Below are positions 33,145 through 42,831 of a stretch of 64,000 bases of DNA, one piece after another; position 1 is the stretch's first letter, and each line of letters begins with the position of its first letter. The DNA is from Synechococcales cyanobacterium VAR_4_metabat_354 (lineage in GTDB: Bacteria > Cyanobacteriota > Cyanobacteriia > Cyanobacteriales > Chamaesiphonaceae). The position numbers and the translations under genes are program-made. The DNA is taken from NCBI GenBank assembly GCA_031414775.1, contig JANOQI010000026.1:1-64000 (forward strand), read 5' to 3'. The notes beneath the pieces were generated by a model. It had not been told where the DNA came from. It saw only the letters and a program-made list of their open reading frames with translations, and did not search any database.

Positions 33145-33869
33145 AAGGCGTACTATCAAGTACGCCTTTTTTAACGATCGAAGCCTGATTAGATATGGGC
33201 GAGAACATAGTTTTTCAACTCAGCTTTTGTCATTGGCCAATTAGATCTTCCATCTGCTCTTTATGTTCCATCTGACTGTCTAGCTTTTGTAGATTTAATA
33301 ATAAATCACAGGCATCTCGATCGTTTAATCTACACCATTTTTTAATTATTGATACATGTGGTAAAAATTGATCGCGATCTGGCTTTATATTTAGTATTGT
33401 AATATCCCATGAGATAATGAAGCGCTTGTGAATGAGCGTAACTAAGCTCAAGATCGCGCTTAGTATTTGCTCGATCATTCTCACTATCTGCTCGATCGCG
33501 TTTAGTATTTACTCGATTATTCTCAGTATCTGTGCGATCGTTCTTAATACCTGTTCGATCATTCTCAGTATCTGCTCGATCGTTCTTAGTACATGATTGA
33601 ACTATCAGGAGAGATGTAATTGTGAGAATAAGTACACCAGGAAATAGTAAAGATTGGTAACGCATAATAAATAGCTTTTAATACAAACTACATGTTTGGG
33701 CGCAAACATACTTCAAGAAGCATATCTATGTTTCTGTAGCTTAGTCAATACTATTTATTAAGTTTTAATTATTTCTTGTTTGAAAGCTGATTGCTGACGG
33801 CACGATGGTTCACCGCTGCTATAACTGGAGAAGGACGTACTATGGAATACGCCTTTTTTAACGATCGAA
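33145..33869. repeat. pair of direct repeats (hairpin + CGATCG) flanking a small gene
   Basis: TACGCCTTTTTTAACGATCGAA is identical at 33161-33182 and 33848-33869, with similar upstream hairpin arms. Confidence 0.8.
33342..33665 (-). CDS. secreted/lipoprotein-like protein with 7-aa tandem repeats (possibly frameshifted; tail may run to 33230)
   Basis: Hydrophobic N-terminus ending QSC; seven 21-bp units at 33444-33590. Confidence 0.55.
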   Translation of the reverse strand: MRYQSLLFPGVLILTITSLLIVQSCTKNDRADTENDRTGIKNDRTDTENNRVNTKRDRADSENDRANTKRDLELSYAHSQALHYLMGYYNTKYKARSRSIFTTCINN

Positions 33870-33940
33870 ATTGAATCAGGTTAACAATATTTTTCTCCTA
33901 TGTTTTTTCTTTTCTTGTATGAAACCACCCTGCCTGCGTC

Positions 33941-33973
33941 GCTCAATGCTCGATCCAAGATCGAGCATTGAGC
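33941..33973. terminator. perfect 15-bp hairpin downstream of ORF 33978
   Basis: GCTCAATGCTCGATC-caa-GATCGAGCATTGAGC. Confidence 0.55.
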
Positions 33974-33977
33974 CTAA

Positions 33978-34664
33978 CTAATAAGGTGGTTCTGCCGGGC
34001 CATCATAACCACACATGCCCAATCTGGGTGAATTTACTAAAGATAAAGGTTCACCATAATTATCTTGATGTTCGTGCTGTTCGAGATGTTGATCGCATAA
34101 AGTGCCCCACACATTTAGATCGTGTAAGCACTCCAAGCACAGGAAAAGAGCTGCTTCTTTGCATTCAATGCATTCACTCGGCGGCAACAGATTTCGCACC
34201 ATTAAGGCGATCGGTTTATTCGTTGTCGGTTTGCCTTCGCGCACTTCCACAAATTTAATTAGTGTTTCAGAAGAAGTGCCAAAATCATAGATATGCGTTA
34301 GCTCCACTCCTGCTTGAAAAATATCGCTGACTTTACGTTTGGTCGATATTTCTTTACCGCCCCAACCACCTACCGAAAACTGGCTCATATGTCCGCAACA
34401 TTCCAACCAAATTGCCCGCAAATATGCGTCGATCTTGTCTAAAGTAGCCGAGCCACGCACTTCTAAATTCAACCAAAAATCTGGAGTATAAGCATCCTGA
34501 ATTCTTAAATGGTAGAGGGTTTCGCTAGTGCCTTTTTTTTGTTCGGCGATCGAGATCGATTGCTTCCGTTCGGTACAAGTAGCGAGATGTTTGTTAACAG
34601 CTCCTTTGGCTATTTCTTTACTACAATACGCACATTTTCCCTGAGATTGTTTTCCTCGCGGCAT
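33978..34664 (-). CDS. Cys-rich protein, pRiA4b ORF-3-like
   Basis: TL..ID.YLR.IWLECCGHMSQF and H.YDFG motifs; CxxC pairs at both ends. Confidence 0.6.
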   Translation of the reverse strand: MPRGKQSQGKCAYCSKEIAKGAVNKHLATCTERKQSISIAEQKKGTSETLYHLRIQDAYTPDFWLNLEVRGSATLDKIDAYLRAIWLECCGHMSQFSVGGWGGKEISTKRKVSDIFQAGVELTHIYDFGTSSETLIKFVEVREGKPTTNKPIALMVRNLLPPSECIECKEAALFLCLECLHDLNVWGTLCDQHLEQHEHQDNYGEPLSLVNSPRLGMCGYDGPAEPPY

Positions 34665-34856
34665 AAAGCCTTATTCTCCCGTACTGCTTGTACTCAAGTT
34701 GATCGATCTGGATGGTAGTTTTATAGCATATGCTAGCGATCGGCTGTCAGTAATGAGTTTGAATGGCAAATTAATTAACATTTCTGTCATCATCAATAGC
34801 CGTTTATCGATTTTTGCTTCAGAGTGGAGTAAATCAAGCTACTGTTTTGTAACTGT

Positions 34857-35161
34857 ATGAAACTCTTGGGTATTGCTTCCATTTTGGGTAAATTGGCAAT
34901 GACAAAAGCTGCTGTAGCTGGGGTGAAGAATCAGTTACATCCAGATAAGATGGAGCAGGTTCTCAAGGACGTGATCGAGAAGGGCGGGTGCGCTCTAGTT
35001 CCGCAGAAGCATTAGGTCAGTTAGCTAAAACTTTAGATAGAATTCGCCCCAAAGTGCTTCAATGGCTGAAACAAAATCTGAATCATGATGGAATTGGTAA
35101 CGCGATCGATTGTTTATGGTCGTTCGCGTAGCGTAGGCGAAGACTAATCGTAGTTGAATGA
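34857..35161 (+). pseudogene. internally deleted gene ending in a HEAT-repeat C-terminus
   Basis: 3' part reads VRSSSAEALGQLAK...GIGNAIDCLWS[24-nt insert]IVVE*; a short out-of-frame N-terminal piece starts at ATG 34857. Confidence 0.55.
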
Positions 35162-35260
35162 TTGAGGTGAGATTAGATCGATTGTCTGTGGTCGATATTC
35201 TACAACCGATCGAAATGCTGGTTTATACTCAAGAGAGTCATCATTCTCAAAAGATTGATT

Positions 35261-35497
35261 ATGTCCCAACAACTCGAAGCCATCTTTGACGGCAATTCCT
35301 TTCAATTGGCGGAACCCCTAAGTCTAGCCATCGGTACAAGAGTTCGGATTATCGTTGAAAGCATCGAGTCGATCGAACAAATCCAACCAAAAACATTTTT
35401 GCAAACCGCTCGATCCTTGCAATTACAAGGTGAGCCAGAATGGTCTGAGAAAATTGACCAATATCTATATGGAGAAACAGTTTCCAGCAATGATTGA
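35261..35497 (+). CDS. antitoxin, AF2212/DUF104-like
   Basis: LEAIFDG..F..EPL.L..GTRVRI; C-terminal WSEKIDQYLYG; overlaps the PIN gene. Confidence 0.8.
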   Translation: MSQQLEAIFDGNSFQLAEPLSLAIGTRVRIIVESIESIEQIQPKTFLQTARSLQLQGEPEWSEKIDQYLYGETVSSND

Positions 35498-35903
35498 AGT
35501 TTTTTTAGATACTTCTTTCGCGATCGCTTTATCTTCCCAGGCCGATCGAAACCATTTGCAGGCTGTTGAACTTGCTAGTCAACTTGAGCTTCACAAAACT
35601 CGCCTAGTAACAACCCAGGCAATATTGCTAGAAATTGGCAACGCACTTTCTAAGCAAAGATACAGACTAGCTGCAATCCAACTGTTGGAATCTCTCGAAA
35701 CCGATCGTAATGTTGAAATTGTATTATTGACTAACTACTTATACCATCAGGCTTTTGACCTATTCAAACAACGACAAGACAAAGAATGGGGATTAGTTGA
35801 CTGTATATCTTTTATCGTAATGCAGGAGCGGGGCATTACCGAAGCACTAACCGCAGATACTCATTTTCAGCAGGCAGGATTTCAATCATTGCTCAGAAAC
35901 TAG
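35490..35903 (+). CDS. vapC: VapC/PIN domain toxin
   Basis: FLDTSFAIAL, E..N, LVDCISF..M, ALTAD.HF.QAGF. Confidence 0.9.
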   Translation: MIEVFLDTSFAIALSSQADRNHLQAVELASQLELHKTRLVTTQAILLEIGNALSKQRYRLAAIQLLESLETDRNVEIVLLTNYLYHQAFDLFKQRQDKEWGLVDCISFIVMQERGITEALTADTHFQQAGFQSLLRN

Positions 35904-36071
35904 CCCCAATTTACCTGGATTATCGTATCCAGACATTGCAAAAAGTGATCGATTGTTTATGGTCGATCGTGGTTGAATGAGTGAGGGTGAGAATCGATCA
36001 CATTGATCGGAAGTTGGATCTGAGTCGATCGTCCGGCTAAAATAGGAATATATTAAACATCCACTAAATCG

Positions 36072-36299
36072 ATGTCCCAAAATATTAGTGTTCATCTGCC
36101 CGATGATACCTTAGTCGAAATCGATAAATTATCTCCCCAGGGTAATCTCAGCCTTTTTATTAGCGAAGCCATCCAGTTTTATATCAGCGAGGCTAATAAA
36201 AAAGCATTGCGCGAACGGCTCAAAGAAGGCGCGATCTTCCGTGCAGAGAGAGATTTAGCCATAGCCCAAGAATGGTTTGCGCTGGATGAAGACATATGA
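36072..36299 (+). CDS. ribbon-helix-helix antitoxin
   Basis: ISVHLPD..L.EID...S.FISEAI..Y; ATGA overlap with the toxin. Confidence 0.82.
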   Translation: MSQNISVHLPDDTLVEIDKLSPQGNLSLFISEAIQFYISEANKKALRERLKEGAIFRAERDLAIAQEWFALDEDI

Positions 36300-36664
36300 C
36301 AGCCCAACGAACTATTCAACCAATTCGGGGCGAAATTTATCTGGTCAACTTCGACCCAACGATTGGATCAGAAATCAGCAAAACCCGCCCAGCATTAATC
36401 ATCCAGAATAATATTGCCAACGAGAGCAGCCCGATTACCATTATTGCGGCAATTACCTCTAAATTCGACGATCGTTTATATCCTACAGAGGTTCTGATAG
36501 AGCCACCAGAAGGTGGATTGAAGATAACTTCAGTAATTTTGTTGAATCAAATCCGTTCGATCGATCGACAACGACTAATCAAACGACTCGGTGTTATTAG
36601 TCCAGAGAAATTGAGTGAGGTAGATCGATCGATTCAGATTAGCTTTGGTTTAGTAAATCTTTGA
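36296..36664 (+). CDS. mazF: PemK/MazF toxin
   Basis: RGEIYLVNFDPTIGSEI.KTRPALIIQN, QIRSID..RL. Confidence 0.93.
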   Translation: MTAQRTIQPIRGEIYLVNFDPTIGSEISKTRPALIIQNNIANESSPITIIAAITSKFDDRLYPTEVLIEPPEGGLKITSVILLNQIRSIDRQRLIKRLGVISPEKLSEVDRSIQISFGLVNL

Positions 36665-36947
36665 GGGGGGTTATAGTTTTGGTTGCGCGATCGATTGTTT
36701 ATGGTCGTTCGCGTAGCGTAGGCGAAGCCTAATCGTGGTTGAATAACTGGCTGCGTTTGGTAGACTGGGTTAAGCTATCAATCACTAATGAGATAGCAAA
36801 AAAGGTAGCGTTCGGTATTCAATCACCGATCTGTTAGAAGATAACGATGTAAGTATCCTGGAGTAGCAGTTTCAGGCGATCTTGTAAAAAAATCACCAAT
36901 GAGAACGACTAACCATTAGTTTGAAAAAGTGTGGTACGTTATATCAA

Positions 36948-37092
36948 GTAGATTCGGTTCCAATCGCGAACACCGATTGGAAGTAAAGGGGAAAGTTTGG
37001 TGCAAACCCAACGCTGTCCCGCAACTGTGTTTCGATTGTCAGCAATACGCTTTGTGAATGCTCAACTCGATTAGTCAGAACACCCGCCGATA
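36948..37092 (+). promoter_or_regulatory. cobalamin riboswitch
   Basis: GGTTCC..AAGGGGAAAG..GGTGCAAACCC..GCTGTCCCGCAACTGT..AGTCAGAACACCCGCC conserved blocks; upstream of DUF1636. Confidence 0.88.
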
Positions 37093-37142
37093 TCGATATG
37101 TCCCAAACTATATTCTGCGTGGCACAGAGGGGAAAATTTTTC

Positions 37143-37544
37143 ATGCATAATCACACAATTTTCGTGTGTCAATCTTGCGCTGGTAACTGGCAAGATGGGA
37201 AACAAGTTGGTAACAGTGGTGGCTATTTGCTCCATCAAAAGCTAGTAGAGCAAATGCCTGGTTGCCAATTAGCTCAAGAATTTCAGGTCAAAGCAGTGCA
37301 GTGTTTAGGTGCTTGCAATCGTCCTTGTTCGATTGCTTTTGCTGCTGCTGGCAAATCTACTTATTTGTTCGGAGATCTCAATCATAGTGATTCTTTAACT
37401 GAAGTATCTCAATCAATTCTAGAGTGTGCTGACCTTTACGCTAGTAAATCAGACGGCATAATGAAATGGTCAGAACGCCCCGAGCGGCTTAAAAAAGGTG
37501 TGGTCGGAATAATTCCTGCTGTCGAATCACCTGTAATCATCTAA
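37143..37544 (+). CDS. DUF1636 family metal-binding protein
   Basis: FVCQSC, VQCLGACNRPC, K.TYLFGDL, DG...W.ERP. Confidence 0.88.
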   Translation: MHNHTIFVCQSCAGNWQDGKQVGNSGGYLLHQKLVEQMPGCQLAQEFQVKAVQCLGACNRPCSIAFAAAGKSTYLFGDLNHSDSLTEVSQSILECADLYASKSDGIMKWSERPERLKKGVVGIIPAVESPVII

Positions 37545-37774
37545 TTTTGACTTGATTAATTTATTTTTTCGCCGATTGGACTATGGTTATTATTACTAAC
37601 AATCGGCATCGTACTTTATGTAGTTACAGCTCATCCTGATCAATCCTTTCGCTCTATTGCTAATTCTGACGATGGTGGCTTTCTCATTCCCGAATGCTGG
37701 CTTTTATTAATTTAGAACAGTAGCCAGCCGTGTCGTCAGATTTAATTGCTGAATATTCATAAAGCTTAACATTT

Positions 37775-37845
37775 ACTATCAATAATAATTCTCAACAACT
37801 GTGATACTATCTTTTACTAAGCTTATTGATATAAATAATCAATAA
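37775..37845 (+). promoter_or_regulatory. Fur-box-like operator(s) of the isi operon
   Basis: ATCAATAATAATTCTCAA and palindrome TTATTGAT-N7-ATCAATAA (37823-37845) upstream of isiA genes. Confidence 0.6.
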
Positions 37846-37880
37846 CTAGCAAACTTTAAATTGCGGTTGGAGGTGTTGTA

Positions 37881-39311
37881 ATGACAGGTATGACGGCAAA
37901 TAGATCAGTTCCATGGTGGTCAGGCAATGCGCGTCTGACTAAACTATCGGGACGGTTGCTAGGGGCACATGTTGCTCATGCCGGATTAATCGTGCTGTGG
38001 GCCGGGGCGATGACTCTGTTCGAGTTATCCAACTTTGATACCACTCGATCGATGTCTGATCAAGGATTAATCTTGCTGCCGCACCTGGCCACACTAGGGA
38101 TTGGAGTGGCAGCTAATGGCCAAGTGGTGGATACCTATCCCTATTTTGTGATTGGCATTGTCCACCTGATCAGTTCCGCAGTATTGGGAGCTGGTGGCAT
38201 TTACCACTCACTCCGAGGTCAGACTGTTCTCGACAATGGCTGGTTTAGCTATGACTGGGAAGATGGCCGCAAAATGACCAGCATTTTAGGCATTCACTTG
38301 ATGCTGCTGGGCGGTGGGGCGTGGTTACTAGTAGCTAAAGCGATGTTCTGGGGTGGTTTGTATGATCCACAAGTTAGCGATGTGCGACTAATTGATCCAA
38401 ATCTCAATGTTGCTCATATTTTTAGTTACTTGGTCGGAGCACAAGGTGGCGCTGGTCTGGCTGCTGTCAATAACCTCGAAGATGTTGTCGGCGGTCATGT
38501 TTGGGTCGGATTACTCTGCGTCGGCGGCGGCATCTGGCATCTAACCAGCGCTCCTAGCGGTTGGGCAAAGCGATCGTTGTTTTGGACAGGGGAAGCCTAC
38601 TTGAGCTACAGCCTCGCCGCACTTTCCTACATGGGCTTTCTGGCTGCATATTTCGTGACGGTCAACACCACGGTTTATCCAGAAGTGTTCTACGGAGCAG
38701 CTGGACTCAGCACCCCAGATGATCTAGTCGTGAGTACCCGTACTTGGCTGGCGATCAGTCACTTCGTGCTCGCAGTAATATTCCTGGCTGGTCATATTTG
38801 GCACGCTTTGCAAGTACGAGCGGCAGCCGCCGGTTTTGACCTGCGCCAAGGCCAACAAGTAGTGCAAATCAACTCCATTAATAATGACCTCCAAACTCCA
38901 GTCAATACTTCGGATTTGACTCTAACACTGGTCAAAAACCTTCCTTTCTATCGATCGGGTTTAGCACCACTAACCCGGGGCTTAGAAATTGGCATGGCAC
39001 ATGGTTACTTTATTTTTGGCCCCTTTGCCAAATTGGGACCACTACGCAACTCCGATATGGCCAACTTAGTAGGTTTACTATCGGCTAGTGGTTTGGTAGT
39101 CATTCTTTCCGTCTGTTTGTCACTATATGGAACAGTCTCTTTCTCTCAAGATAAAGCCAATGCTGGTGTACTCTCAGAGGGACTAGCCAATCCTAAAGAC
39201 TGGAGTCAGTTCACGGCTGGCTGGATGATCGGTGGGGTCGGGGGGGCAATTTTCGCCTATTTTCTATTGACCAACAGTGGACTCTTTGCTCAAATCGCTG
39301 CTGGCGGCTAG
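37881..39311 (+). CDS. isiA: IsiA-family chlorophyll-binding protein fused to a C-terminal PsaL domain
   Basis: [29 protein letters not shown]; then [35 protein letters not shown] (PsaL). Confidence 0.9.
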   Translation: MTGMTANRSVPWWSGNARLTKLSGRLLGAHVAHAGLIVLWAGAMTLFELSNFDTTRSMSDQGLILLPHLATLGIGVAANGQVVDTYPYFVIGIVHLISSAVLGAGGIYHSLRGQTVLDNGWFSYDWEDGRKMTSILGIHLMLLGGGAWLLVAKAMFWGGLYDPQVSDVRLIDPNLNVAHIFSYLVGAQGGAGLAAVNNLEDVVGGHVWVGLLCVGGGIWHLTSAPSGWAKRSLFWTGEAYLSYSLAALSYMGFLAAYFVTVNTTVYPEVFYGAAGLSTPDDLVVSTRTWLAISHFVLAVIFLAGHIWHALQVRAAAAGFDLRQGQQVVQINSINNDLQTPVNTSDLTLTLVKNLPFYRSGLAPLTRGLEIGMAHGYFIFGPFAKLGPLRNSDMANLVGLLSASGLVVILSVCLSLYGTVSFSQDKANAGVLSEGLANPKDWSQFTAGWMIGGVGGAIFAYFLLTNSGLFAQIAAGG

Positions 39312-39351
39312 AGCTGTTAAAAATTTCGATTCTCAACTTGGAGATAAATTT

Positions 39352-40437
39352 ATGCAAACTTATGACAAACAGACAATTCGATATGATTGGTGGGCAGGAA
39401 ACGCCCGTTTCGCAGATTTATCGGGACTGTTTATTGCCGCCCATGTGGGTCAGGCCGCACTCACTGTTTTTTGGGCAGGGGCGATGACTTTGTTTGAACT
39501 TTCTCGCTACAACCCCGAGATTGCGATGGGTGAACAAGGCTTAATTTTGCTGCCACATTTGGCTACTTTGGGAATTGGCGTCGGGAAAGGGGGTGTCATT
39601 GCTGACACCTATCCGATGTTTGCCGTGGGTGCAGTACATCTGATTTCTTCGGCAGTGCTGGGAGCTGGAGCCTTGTTTCATACCTTTAAAGCACCAGCTA
39701 GTCTCGACGAAGCCAAAGGACAGGCGCGCAAATTCCACTTTAACTGGAACGACCACAAACAGTTGGGTTTGATTCTTGGTCATCACCTACTATTTTTAGG
39801 AGTCGGGGCTTTAGCGTTAGCTTTCAAAGCCACCACCTTCGGCGGCTTGTACGATCCAGTCATTCATGATGTGCGAGTAGTTACAGCCCCCACTCTCGAT
39901 CCGACGGTGATCTTTGGCTACCAAACACACTTTGCCAGTGTTAACAACCTGGAAGATTTGGTGGGTGGACATATTTTTGTCGGTGCCATGTTAATTTTGG
40001 GTGGTGTTTGGCACATTGTGCGCGAACCTTTGCCCTGGGCAAAAAAGGCATTAATCTTTTCGGGTGAAGCCATCCTTTCTTACTCCTTAGGAGGCATCGC
40101 CCTCGCTGCTTTTGTAGCTTCTTACTTCTGTGCCGTCAATACCTTGGCCTATCCCGTAGAATTCTACGGTCCAGTTTTAGATGTCAAGCTGGGCATCACC
40201 CCCTATTTCGCCGATACCGTGAAGCTAGCGATCGGACACACGCCCCGTTGTTGGTTAGCCAATGCTCATTTCTTCCTAGGCTTCTTCTTCTTGCAAGGTC
40301 ATCTGTGGCACGCTTTGCGCGCGATGGGATTCGACTTTAAGCGTGTCGAAAATGCCATTAATTCGATCGCTGAACCCATGTCCGAGCCAGTAACTCCGGC
40401 TAAACCAACCGCTATAGCTGCTGAAAAGTCAGCATAA
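39352..40437 (+). CDS. isiA: iron-stress chlorophyll-binding protein IsiA (canonical type)
   Basis: [33 protein letters not shown]. Confidence 0.93.
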   Translation: MQTYDKQTIRYDWWAGNARFADLSGLFIAAHVGQAALTVFWAGAMTLFELSRYNPEIAMGEQGLILLPHLATLGIGVGKGGVIADTYPMFAVGAVHLISSAVLGAGALFHTFKAPASLDEAKGQARKFHFNWNDHKQLGLILGHHLLFLGVGALALAFKATTFGGLYDPVIHDVRVVTAPTLDPTVIFGYQTHFASVNNLEDLVGGHIFVGAMLILGGVWHIVREPLPWAKKALIFSGEAILSYSLGGIALAAFVASYFCAVNTLAYPVEFYGPVLDVKLGITPYFADTVKLAIGHTPRCWLANAHFFLGFFFLQGHLWHALRAMGFDFKRVENAINSIAEPMSEPVTPAKPTAIAAEKSA

Positions 40438-40498
40438 AATAACGACGGGCAGACCCTAGTTTGCCCAGTACTTTCTGAGGAGATTTGAGGATTTTATC

Positions 40499-41458
40499 AT
40501 GACTATCTCTTTAAATAGATCGATCGCTGATGGTGATTCGCGCCGGTTATGGTTAGTCGGCAATGCCCAGCTCGTAAATTTTTCGGGCCAACTGCTGGGT
40601 GCTCATTTAGCTCATGCTGCTCTCATTGTATTTTGGGCTGGAATCACTACGGTGAGTGAAGTGCTACGCTATCAACCAGATGTTCCTTTTACCGAGCAAG
40701 GCTTTTTACTATTACCGCACCTAGCGACTTTGGGCTGGGGCGTGGGTAACAACGGTCAAATTCTAGAAACCGAGACCTACTTTGCGATCGGGATGATTCA
40801 TTTAGTTGCTTCTGCCGTGTTAGCCGCTGGGGGTCTGTATCATATAGTGCGCGCTCCTGCTAATTTAGCTACTAGTAGTCCTCAGGTTGCCCGCTTTCAC
40901 TACGAATGGACTGATGCCAAACAACTCGGTCTGATTCTGGGGCATCATCTGATTCTGTTGGGGCTGGGGGCTTGGTTGTTAGTGCTCAAAGCTACTGACT
41001 TTGGCGGTATCTATGATCCAGCCATCCACCAAGTGCGGCTAGTTACTAATCCTACGATTGATCCTAGTATTATTTTTGGCTATGTAGTTGGCCTAAACCA
41101 CGGTGTGTGGAATCTTCAGGGCATGGCCAGCGTCAACAATCTCGAAGATGTCATCGGTGGTCATATCTGGATAGCCGGTATTTTAATCCTGGGTGGTACT
41201 TGGCATATTATTGTGCCGCCTTTTGCCCTTGTCCGCCGCTGGCTCAGAATTGATGCTGATGCGGTGTTGTCTTATAGTCTGGCGAGTTTAGCTTTGATGG
41301 CTGGGACTTCTAGTGCTTTTATCGGTTTCAATACAACAGTTTTCCCGATCGAGTTTTATGGTGCAGACCGCACTAGTCTGGCAGCGACTCAGTTTTTCTT
41401 AGGGTTAGTGGCATTGATTGGCCACTTATGGCACAGCTATCGTGCCCGTACTAACTAA
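40499..41458 (+). CDS. divergent IsiA/Pcb-family protein with a short last loop
   Basis: GNAQL..LGAHLAH, NLEDVIGGH, GHLWH. Confidence 0.88.
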   Translation: MTISLNRSIADGDSRRLWLVGNAQLVNFSGQLLGAHLAHAALIVFWAGITTVSEVLRYQPDVPFTEQGFLLLPHLATLGWGVGNNGQILETETYFAIGMIHLVASAVLAAGGLYHIVRAPANLATSSPQVARFHYEWTDAKQLGLILGHHLILLGLGAWLLVLKATDFGGIYDPAIHQVRLVTNPTIDPSIIFGYVVGLNHGVWNLQGMASVNNLEDVIGGHIWIAGILILGGTWHIIVPPFALVRRWLRIDADAVLSYSLASLALMAGTSSAFIGFNTTVFPIEFYGADRTSLAATQFFLGLVALIGHLWHSYRARTN

Positions 41459-41491
41459 TAAATAAGTAATTTATCTACTAGGAGATGTGAG

Positions 41492-42001
41492 ATGTCTAAA
41501 ATCGGTCTTTTTTATGGTACTCAAACCGGCAAAACAGAAACGATCGCCGAGATGATTCAAGAACAACTGGGCAAAGGTATCGTAGATCTCTATGATATGT
41601 CCCAGGCTGAAACTGATGATTTTGCTGATTACCAGCACCTGATTATTGGTGCCCCTACTTGGAATATTGGTGAACTATCCAGTGATTGGGATGCCTTTTT
41701 CCCAGACTTGGATGAGATTGACTTTAGTGGCAAAACCGTTGCTTACTTTGGGGTCGGTGATCAAATTGGCTACTCCGATAATTTTTTGGATGCGATCGGG
41801 ATTCTAGAAGAGAAAATTAGTGCCCTAGGTGGCAAAACAGTCTGCCCCTGGCCAACTGACGGCTATGACTTTAGTGAATCACGCGGAGTGCGGGACGGTA
41901 AATTCATTGGTTTAGCACTGGATGAAGATAACCAAGGAGATTTAACCGAGTCGCGGATTAAAACTTGGGCAGCACAAGTTAAACAAGCCTTTGGTATCTG
42001 A
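41492..42001 (+). CDS. isiB: flavodoxin
   Basis: GTQTGKTE, PTWNIGEL, GLALDEDNQ. Confidence 0.95.
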   Translation: MSKIGLFYGTQTGKTETIAEMIQEQLGKGIVDLYDMSQAETDDFADYQHLIIGAPTWNIGELSSDWDAFFPDLDEIDFSGKTVAYFGVGDQIGYSDNFLDAIGILEEKISALGGKTVCPWPTDGYDFSESRGVRDGKFIGLALDEDNQGDLTESRIKTWAAQVKQAFGI

Positions 42002-42018
42002 AACTTATCGTTGAATAT

Positions 42019-42049
42019 TAGATTTAGGGAATAAATCTCCCTAAATCTA
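42019..42049. other. intra-operon 12-bp perfect stem-loop after isiB
   Basis: TAGATTTAGGGA-N7-TCCCTAAATCTA. Confidence 0.6.
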
Positions 42050-42093
42050 GCGAGTTTACCTATCAATAGCTCAATAGCTATTATTACTTTTTC

Positions 42094-42831
42094 ATGAAAA
42101 ACGATTATCAATTTTTGTGGGTGAATGTTAGCCCCGCCTTTAAAGTATTTCACCGTAATCTTTTCGATTATTTAGGTCAGGACTTTGAAATTGGTCTTTG
42201 GGAGTATCACCAAACCCTAGATGAATCCAGCACTATGTCGAATGCTGAAGAACTGCTACATGAATTTATCAGTAACAATAATCAGCCTATTCATCTTATT
42301 GGCCATGGGATGAGTGGTAGCTTAGCTTTGCGTTACGCCCGCTCTCATCCAGAGCAGGTAGCATCGCTGAGTCTGCTGAGTGTACCAGTGCAACCAGCGA
42401 TCGACTGGCAATCTTATTACTATTATCACCTGCGCTCTTTACCTTACGAACGAGCCTGTATTTTGAAACTGATGGCTAGTAGTCTGTTTCCGGATGCTTG
42501 CTCTGGCTGTATTCAACATGTCGCCAATCGACTAGCCAGAGATTTGGTCGAAGCCCCCTCCGACCACTCTTTGTGGAAGTTTGATCTATTGCCTCAGGGT
42601 GGAGTCAAGATGCCTCTACTATTGGCAGCAGCGGAGGATGATGTCATTGCTAAGGGGGTACTTTTTACGGACTGGCTCAGCCATCTCAAGCTAGAAGATG
42701 AAATTTGGCACCATCAAACTGGTGGGCATTTCTTTCACCATTGGCATACTGCTGATATTGGCAAGCAAATTCAAGAATTTTGGCAGCAGGCTCTCTCTCC
42801 ACAAAAATCTTTGGTTGCAGCTCTATCATGA
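42094..42831 (+). CDS. isiC: IsiC-like alpha/beta hydrolase
   Basis: HLIGHGMSG; position directly after isiB. Confidence 0.75.
   Translation: MKNDYQFLWVNVSPAFKVFHRNLFDYLGQDFEIGLWEYHQTLDESSTMSNAEELLHEFISNNNQPIHLIGHGMSGSLALRYARSHPEQVASLSLLSVPVQPAIDWQSYYYYHLRSLPYERACILKLMASSLFPDACSGCIQHVANRLARDLVEAPSDHSLWKFDLLPQGGVKMPLLLAAAEDDVIAKGVLFTDWLSHLKLEDEIWHHQTGGHFFHHWHTADIGKQIQEFWQQALSPQKSLVAALS

Larger units (their letters stand above)
35101..36746 (+). repeat. direct repeats GATCGATTGTTTATGGTCG..ATCGTRGTTGAAT bracketing two TA modules
   Basis: Copies at 35101-35172, 35176-35196 (partial), 35947-35992 and 36686-36746; first and last match at 57/59. Confidence 0.9.

Noticed and set aside
33444..33590. 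21-bp tandem repeats read as CRISPR
   Set aside because: They are contiguous, degenerate, in-frame coding repeats with no spacers
35355..35489. N-terminal extension of VapC
   Set aside because: It overlaps the antitoxin; the PIN domain begins at ATG 35490
35101..36746. Repeats read as a CRISPR array or classical integron attC sites
   Set aside because: Spacing is ~750-850 bp with whole genes between copies; there are no cas or intI genes and no clear attC R''/R' box structure
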